A stretch of DNA of 63,425 nt, counting the filler, from a bacterium (GTDB lineage Bacteria > JADJOY01), in the NCBI GenBank assembly GCA_046331705.1. It is 3 parts of 3 records of this genome, joined end to end, with 100 filler letters (N's around TTAATTAATTAA, not from the genome) between each part and the next. Parts side by side here need not be neighbours in the genome. Positions count along the whole stretch, not along the records: positions 45,089 to 63,425 come from JAXLQJ010000091.1; 2 more parts are not named here. One strand, 5' to 3'. The notes beneath the pieces were generated by a model. It was not told the DNA's origin and made no database searches. It saw only the letters and a program-made list of their open reading frames with translations. Below are positions 58,689 to 63,425 of this stretch, in pieces; position 1 is the stretch's first letter, and each line of letters opens with the position of its first letter. The translations under genes and the position numbers were made by a program.

Positions 58689-60323
58689 ATGCTTGCAGCG
58701 ATTGGATATCGCCTCGTGGAACGCTGGATCGAGCTCGGCGCGCGCAGCCGCTTGGTCGTCGCGCACGAGATCGACGGTCGAGGCTTTCGCTTCGACGAGG
58801 GACGCGCCGCGCTCGTGTGCTTGGCGCTCGCGATCGTCGTGCTCACCTCGCTCCAGGCCTACCTGCGCCGTCGCGCCAGGGCCGCGGCAGCGGGAGCCCG
58901 CGCGCCGCGACGCTCGGCAGCGGCCGAGGGCATCGCGCCGTCGCGCTCGTTCAAGAGCCGCGACGCCGTGCTCGACGCCGACGACGCCGCGGGCTCGTCG
59001 CGCGGCGACGACGGCGGGGTCGTGCGGTGTCCCAAGTGTTACGGCAAGTACCACGCCGAGCGCGTGACCCGATGCCCTCACTGCGGCGCCGATCGTTCGG
59101 GAGCGCCCGCGCCGTCGCCCGCCGGCACGGCGTCGAACCGGCTACCCAACGAGGCACGCCGCGAAGCCGCCGATCCCGCACCGACGCGCTTCCACGACGC
59201 CGAGCGTCTCAACGACGAGGGCGTCGAGATGCTGCAGAAGATCCACTCGGTTTTCCGGGTCGACGACGCGGTGAAGAAGTTCACCCTCGCCATCCAGCGC
59301 GCACCCAAGAACCCCACGTACCACTCGAACCGCGGCATCGCGCATCTCAAGAACGCGCAGCGGCGTTTCGCCGCCGTGGGCGACGTGATGGAGACGGGCG
59401 TGCAGCGCGACCTCGAACGCGCCCGTGCCGACTTCCAGGAGGCGGTGCGGCTCAAGCCGCGGCACGCCAACTACCACGTGCTTCTCGGGCAGCTCGAGGA
59501 GCTCGCTGGCGACTGGGAGCGTGCCCGCGAATGCCACGGCGAGGCGCTGGCGCTCGAGCCCACCAACGCGGCGGCGCGCAGCGCGCTCGATCGCTTGACG
59601 CGCGAGCTCGAGCAGGCCGACGCGACCCACGCGCGCGAGCGCTCGGAGCGGCTCATGACCGAGGTCGCGCGGCGCAGCGCCAGCGGGGATCTCGAGGGCG
59701 CGCTCGCGATCCTGAACGCGGCGCTCGAGAACGAGCCCGGCCCCGCAGCGCTGTTGCTGGCCAAGGCCGATCTGCTCAATCGACTCAATCGAGTCGAGGA
59801 GTCGGTCGAGGTCGCGCGGCGAGCGATCGAGGCGCAAAACCGCGAGATCCAGGGGTTGGTGGCGAGCTACCAGGCCAAGGGGCTCCACGCGCTGGTGCTG
59901 CCGACGGTGGGCGAGGGGACCGAGCTCGGCTTGGGGACCGCCGCCTCCCTGCCCGTGGGATCGCCTGGCCGAGCCGCGGCGGTGAGCGGCTCGCTCACCG
60001 AGCTGGGCTTGCCCGATCTGCTGCAGGTGCTCGGCGCGGGTCAGAAGACCGTGCGCGTCACGCTGCAGCGAGGATCCGCGCGGGGAATCGTGGAGCTCGA
60101 GACCGGACGCATCGTGCACGCGGAGCTCGACGCCTTGAACGGCGAGGAAGCCTTCTATCGCATCGTCGCGTGGACCGAGGGCGAGTTCCGGATCGATCCC
60201 CTGATCGACGTGGTCAGCCGCACCATCGAGGGCAGCAACGACGCGCTGATCCTCGAGGGATTGCGGCGCCTCGACGAATCCATGTTCGACGCGCACACCG
60301 CTGCGGCGCGCAGCGACGGCTGA
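58689..60323 (+). CDS. TM - zinc ribbon - TPR - DUF4388 (PATAN-like) protein
   Basis: TM, CPKC-x11-CPHC, TPRs, C-terminal SGSLTELGLPDLLQVL...GRIVHAE...GEEAFYRIVAWTEGEF...LILEGLRRLDE. Confidence 0.8.
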   Translation: MLAAIGYRLVERWIELGARSRLVVAHEIDGRGFRFDEGRAALVCLALAIVVLTSLQAYLRRRARAAAAGARAPRRSAAAEGIAPSRSFKSRDAVLDADDAAGSSRGDDGGVVRCPKCYGKYHAERVTRCPHCGADRSGAPAPSPAGTASNRLPNEARREAADPAPTRFHDAERLNDEGVEMLQKIHSVFRVDDAVKKFTLAIQRAPKNPTYHSNRGIAHLKNAQRRFAAVGDVMETGVQRDLERARADFQEAVRLKPRHANYHVLLGQLEELAGDWERARECHGEALALEPTNAAARSALDRLTRELEQADATHARERSERLMTEVARRSASGDLEGALAILNAALENEPGPAALLLAKADLLNRLNRVEESVEVARRAIEAQNREIQGLVASYQAKGLHALVLPTVGEGTELGLGTAASLPVGSPGRAAAVSGSLTELGLPDLLQVLGAGQKTVRVTLQRGSARGIVELETGRIVHAELDALNGEEAFYRIVAWTEGEFRIDPLIDVVSRTIEGSNDALILEGLRRLDESMFDAHTAAARSDG

Positions 60324-60350
60324 GGCCGCCGCGCCCGGCGACGAGGTGGC

Positions 60351-61367
60351 ATGGCGCTCGCCTGTCCCGCTTGCGGCCGGCCGAACCACGAGCGGCTCGA
60401 GTCGTGCCTCTACTGCGGCGCGCTCTTGCCGCGACCCGAGCCGCTCGATGCGTCGTCGGCCGTCGCGCCCGCGCCTACGCCGCCCGGTGATCTCGGTCCG
60501 AGCGAGGTGGAACCGCCGCCGCTCGGACCGTGGCGCCGGCAGTGGCTGCTGGTGCTCGAGCGTGCTTCGGAGGGATTGCCCTCACCGCCCGGCGCCGAGC
60601 TGGTGCAATCCGTCGCCGATGCCCTCGCGGTCGATGGCTACCTGTCGCGCAAGCACCTGACCAGCCGCCAGCCGACGGTCGTCGCGCGCGGCGAGGACCC
60701 GGAAGCCCTGGAAGCGCTGGCCGGAAAGCTCGCGGCGCTCGGTCTCGTGACGACGCTGATCTCGCCGGCGGAGCTGGCGGCGGTCGGTGATCCTTGGCTC
60801 GCGGAGGCCGTCGAGTTCGCGGGTGAGCAAGCGCCCGAAGGTTTTCGGGGGGCGATCGGGTTCCGCTCTCGCCATACCGACGAGATCCTCGTGGTGCGGC
60901 CCGGCGAGGTCGAGCTGGTCGTGCAGGGCGTGCTCAAGGTGCTGTTGCCCGATCGCTCGGGTGCCGCGCGCAGCATCGGTAGCGTGCTGCAATGGAGCTC
61001 GCCCTCGAAGGAAGCGCTCGAGGAGCTGCGCAGCGATTTCCCGCTGGTCGAGATCCACCGCTCGCGCGGGCCGCGGGTCCGGCTGTGTCTCGCGGACTTC
61101 GATTTCTCCGGTCTTGGTGACCGGAAACGCCCCTCGGCGCTCCTCAACCTCAGGCTTCTGGTCCGCGAGCTCTTGGCCGGCAGCCCGAACGCCGTGGTCG
61201 ACGATTCGTTTCGTTTCCTGACGACCGAGTTCGATCCGGGCGCCGGCGCGCTGGGCTTGCCCAGCACCAACGAGCCGCAATTCGACCGCTACGCGCGGTT
61301 GCTGGCTGCGCAACGACGCAAGCGCCTCCAGGCGGACCCCGTCAGCCGATCGCGAACGAATCGATGA
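60351..61367 (+). CDS. Zinc-ribbon domain hypothetical protein
   Basis: GAGG RBS; MALACPACGRPN...CLYCGALL. Confidence 0.7.
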   Translation: MALACPACGRPNHERLESCLYCGALLPRPEPLDASSAVAPAPTPPGDLGPSEVEPPPLGPWRRQWLLVLERASEGLPSPPGAELVQSVADALAVDGYLSRKHLTSRQPTVVARGEDPEALEALAGKLAALGLVTTLISPAELAAVGDPWLAEAVEFAGEQAPEGFRGAIGFRSRHTDEILVVRPGEVELVVQGVLKVLLPDRSGAARSIGSVLQWSSPSKEALEELRSDFPLVEIHRSRGPRVRLCLADFDFSGLGDRKRPSALLNLRLLVRELLAGSPNAVVDDSFRFLTTEFDPGAGALGLPSTNEPQFDRYARLLAAQRRKRLQADPVSRSRTNR

Positions 61368-62274
61368 GGCGCCCCTCGGAGTCGACCAAGGAGGCGCGAT
61401 CGCCGCTCTCGCTCCACGCGGGCACCCCGAGGTTCCAGTAGAGATCCGTCGTCGTGTCCGTGCCCGCGCCGGTGTGGACGCGCACCGTCTTGCCGCTCAG
61501 CAGCACGAACGACGGGAACGTGAAGACCTGGCCGAGTGCGTCGGTGAGCTTCCAGCCGGTCAGGTCGACGTGACCGCCGGACGCGCCGATGACGACGAAT
61601 TCGCCGTTCAGGTTCGAGACGTCGTCGCCGGGCGCGTCGAAGACGCTCGCGGCCCCGTCAATGGCCGCCCGTCCCGAGCCGACGGGATCCTCGATGCAGT
61701 TGGGCCCGTAGCTGCCCGCGTCCGCCGCGTCCGCGCGCGCCGTGAGGTCGGCGTAGAAGTCGTGTGCGTCGCTCGTGCACGTGGTGACGGCGTCCGGAAG
61801 CAGCCAACCCTCGAGCACCAAGGTGCCGGGGACCAGGTTCGCTCCGGCGATCCGCACCACGTGCGCGCGCACCGGCGCCGCGTCGGCCGCCGTGGTGAAG
61901 AGCGTGGTGTCGGGATCGCAGGGCACGATGCCGACCTCCTGGTCGAGCACCAGCTCCGAGTTCCGCGCGGCCGCGTCCACGGCGCACCGGGAACCAGTGG
62001 GGGGCGCAATCGCATCGCCGTACTGGACGCGGGTGCCGTCGGACAGCACGATCGTGTCGCCGGACACGACCTCGCTCACGATCGACGTGAAATCCGGCTC
62101 CAGCGCGAACGGTACGCCGATCGTTCCGCTCCCGCCGCCGACGTTGCCGCCATTGCCGCCCCCGCCTCCACCACCCCCGCCGCCTCCACCCCCCGTGCCC
62201 GCGTTCTCGAGGGAACACGCGCACCCCAGCGCGAAGCACAGGGCGAAGCTACGAGTCAGCCGTGAACGCTTCAT
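61342..62274 (-). CDS. Lipoprotein with an SNase-like domain and a lamin-tail domain
   Basis: LGCAC lipobox, poly-Gly linker, VSEVVSGDTIVLSDG, LTD motifs NLNGEFVVI, VDLTGWKLTD, FTFP, VRVHTG, DLYW, GDRASLVD. Confidence 0.8.
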   Translation of the reverse strand: MKRSRLTRSFALCFALGCACSLENAGTGGGGGGGGGGGGGNGGNVGGGSGTIGVPFALEPDFTSIVSEVVSGDTIVLSDGTRVQYGDAIAPPTGSRCAVDAAARNSELVLDQEVGIVPCDPDTTLFTTAADAAPVRAHVVRIAGANLVPGTLVLEGWLLPDAVTTCTSDAHDFYADLTARADAADAGSYGPNCIEDPVGSGRAAIDGAASVFDAPGDDVSNLNGEFVVIGASGGHVDLTGWKLTDALGQVFTFPSFVLLSGKTVRVHTGAGTDTTTDLYWNLGVPAWSESGDRASLVDSEGRLIDSFAIG

Positions 62275-62512
62275 GATCGTTCCTCTCCCGCACGCGGCGC
62301 GATTCGGCGCCCGGCGTCGACGCGGCATGGGCCGTCGCGTCGTTCGTGCTCGATTTCGTTCGTGCCACCGCGGGAGAGCGAGCGCGTCCGTGGTTCGAGG
62401 AGCCTCGGATCGCGCGTCGTTCGGTGGGGACGGCCTCGCAATCGGTCGCAGCGGGCGCGAGTGTATAACATGCGGCTCGCGACCCGCTTCCCGTCCCCGA
62501 TCGCTCGAGCTC

Positions 62513-63425
62513 ATGAACCATCCGTCGCGCGCCGCGTCGTGGGTCGGCACGCTGACGTGCGTGCTGGCGCTCGCGGGTTGCACGGCGGAGCGAGCTGGCG
62601 CTCGCGGTCCGGACGCGCGCTCGCCGAGCGCACTCGCGAGTCGCCGCCTCGACGTGCTGCTGGTCACGATCGACGCGCTGCGCGCCGACCATCTGAGCGC
62701 GCTCGGATACGACCGGCCCACCACGCCGAACCTCGCGCGCTACGTCGCGCGAGCGGCGGTGTTCACCAACGCGCACGCGAACGGCGGCTGGACGCTGCCG
62801 GGGATCGGATCGCTGCTCAGCGGATTGCGTCCGCCCGCGCACCGAATCGACGGGCCCAGCGCGGCTCCGCCCGCGAGTCTCGCGACGCTGCCGCGCGTGC
62901 TCGCGCGGGCGGGCTACCACGCCCCGGGCTTCGTGGACTGGTACGTGGAGCGCGGCTTCGGCTTCGAGCCCGTCGACGAGTCGTATCGCATGCCGTACAT
63001 CGGCGAGGCCGTCGGCAAGTCCCGGCAGGTGCTGCGCTGGCTCGACGAGCATCGCGACGCGCCCTCGTTCCTCTGGCTCCATCAAGTCGTGGCGCACGCG
63101 CCGTACGCCGCGAGCGACGACTCCGCGGCGCGCTTCCGTCGCGCCGCGCCGAGCGCCGCCGACGACGGCTTCGACGGCAGCGCTCGCATGGTCGTGGACC
63201 TCGCCGCAGGCGCGCTCGCGCCCAGCGCGGCGGGTGCGGCGCGTCTGACGGATCGCTACGATGCCTGCGTGCGCGATGCCGACGAGTCGCTGGGAGTCCT
63301 CTTCGACGGTCTCGAGCGCCGCAACGCGTGGTCGCACACCCTCGTCATCGTCACCGCGGACCACGGCGACGAGCTCCTCGATCGCGGCCAGGCCGGTCAC
63401 GCGTGGTGGACGTATCGGGGCGGGC
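62513..63425 (+). CDS. Sulfatase / alkaline-phosphatase-superfamily lipoprotein (3'-truncated; absent from the ORF track)
   Basis: MNHPSRAASW...LAGC; DVLLVTIDALRADHL, GYDRPTTPNL, WTLPG, FLWLH...HAPY, TLVIVTADHG. Confidence 0.88.
   Translation, partial: MNHPSRAASWVGTLTCVLALAGCTAERAGARGPDARSPSALASRRLDVLLVTIDALRADHLSALGYDRPTTPNLARYVARAAVFTNAHANGGWTLPGIGSLLSGLRPPAHRIDGPSAAPPASLATLPRVLARAGYHAPGFVDWYVERGFGFEPVDESYRMPYIGEAVGKSRQVLRWLDEHRDAPSFLWLHQVVAHAPYAASDDSAARFRRAAPSAADDGFDGSARMVVDLAAGALAPSAAGAARLTDRYDACVRDADESLGVLFDGLERRNAWSHTLVIVTADHGDELLDRGQAGHAWWTYRGG

Noticed and set aside
62130-62200. (CCN)n run as a repeat element
   Set aside because: Encodes the poly-Gly linker of the minus-strand lipoprotein.

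Overview
High-GC bacterial DNA; gene content (sigma-54 regulators, PilZ/Ser-Thr kinase, DUF4388-like, zinc-ribbon/TPR membrane proteins) suggests a Myxococcota/deltaproteobacterium-like genome (inference). The window is not continuous. Two 100-nt N spacers carrying the all-frame-stop linker TTAATTAATTAA (22465-22564, 44989-45088) join three contigs, and there is a further 48-N gap (46088-46135). Contig 1: tRNA-Val, a lipid-catabolism cluster (acyl-CoA ligase, SCP2, CaiB), TPR-coaE, a sigma-54 regulator-pilin module with a -24/-12 promoter and UAS, fabD, an operon cysQ / PilZ-kinase-pseudo-receiver / secreted unknown / degenerate SDR, ygfZ-like, DJ-1, MBL hydrolase and a truncated tRNA-Leu. Contig 2: ABC1/UbiB kinase, three PAS histidine kinases, an atypical block of secreted proteins (HET-C/VWA7-N-like protein coupled to an HExxH metallopeptidase-like protein, facing a 6-Cys mini-protein and a propeller-like lipoprotein), grx, epimerase, glpD, MscS-like, rlpA, gloA and a truncated GH84. 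Contig 3: scpB, an acidic mini-protein, rluB, GT-C-like protein, tRNA-fMet, NtrC-like and Crp-like regulators, SDR, an orphan rplC, DsbA-like, an alternative sigma-70, lepB, TPR-DUF4388-like, SNase-LTD lipoprotein and a truncated sulfatase. I saw no CRISPR array, integrase or transposase. Best novelty candidates: the HET-C/VWA7-like secreted locus, the PilZ-kinase-REC(D>S) operon, the orphan rplC and a recurrent CxxC-x11-CPxC zinc ribbon. All calls come from reading motifs by eye, without database searches.
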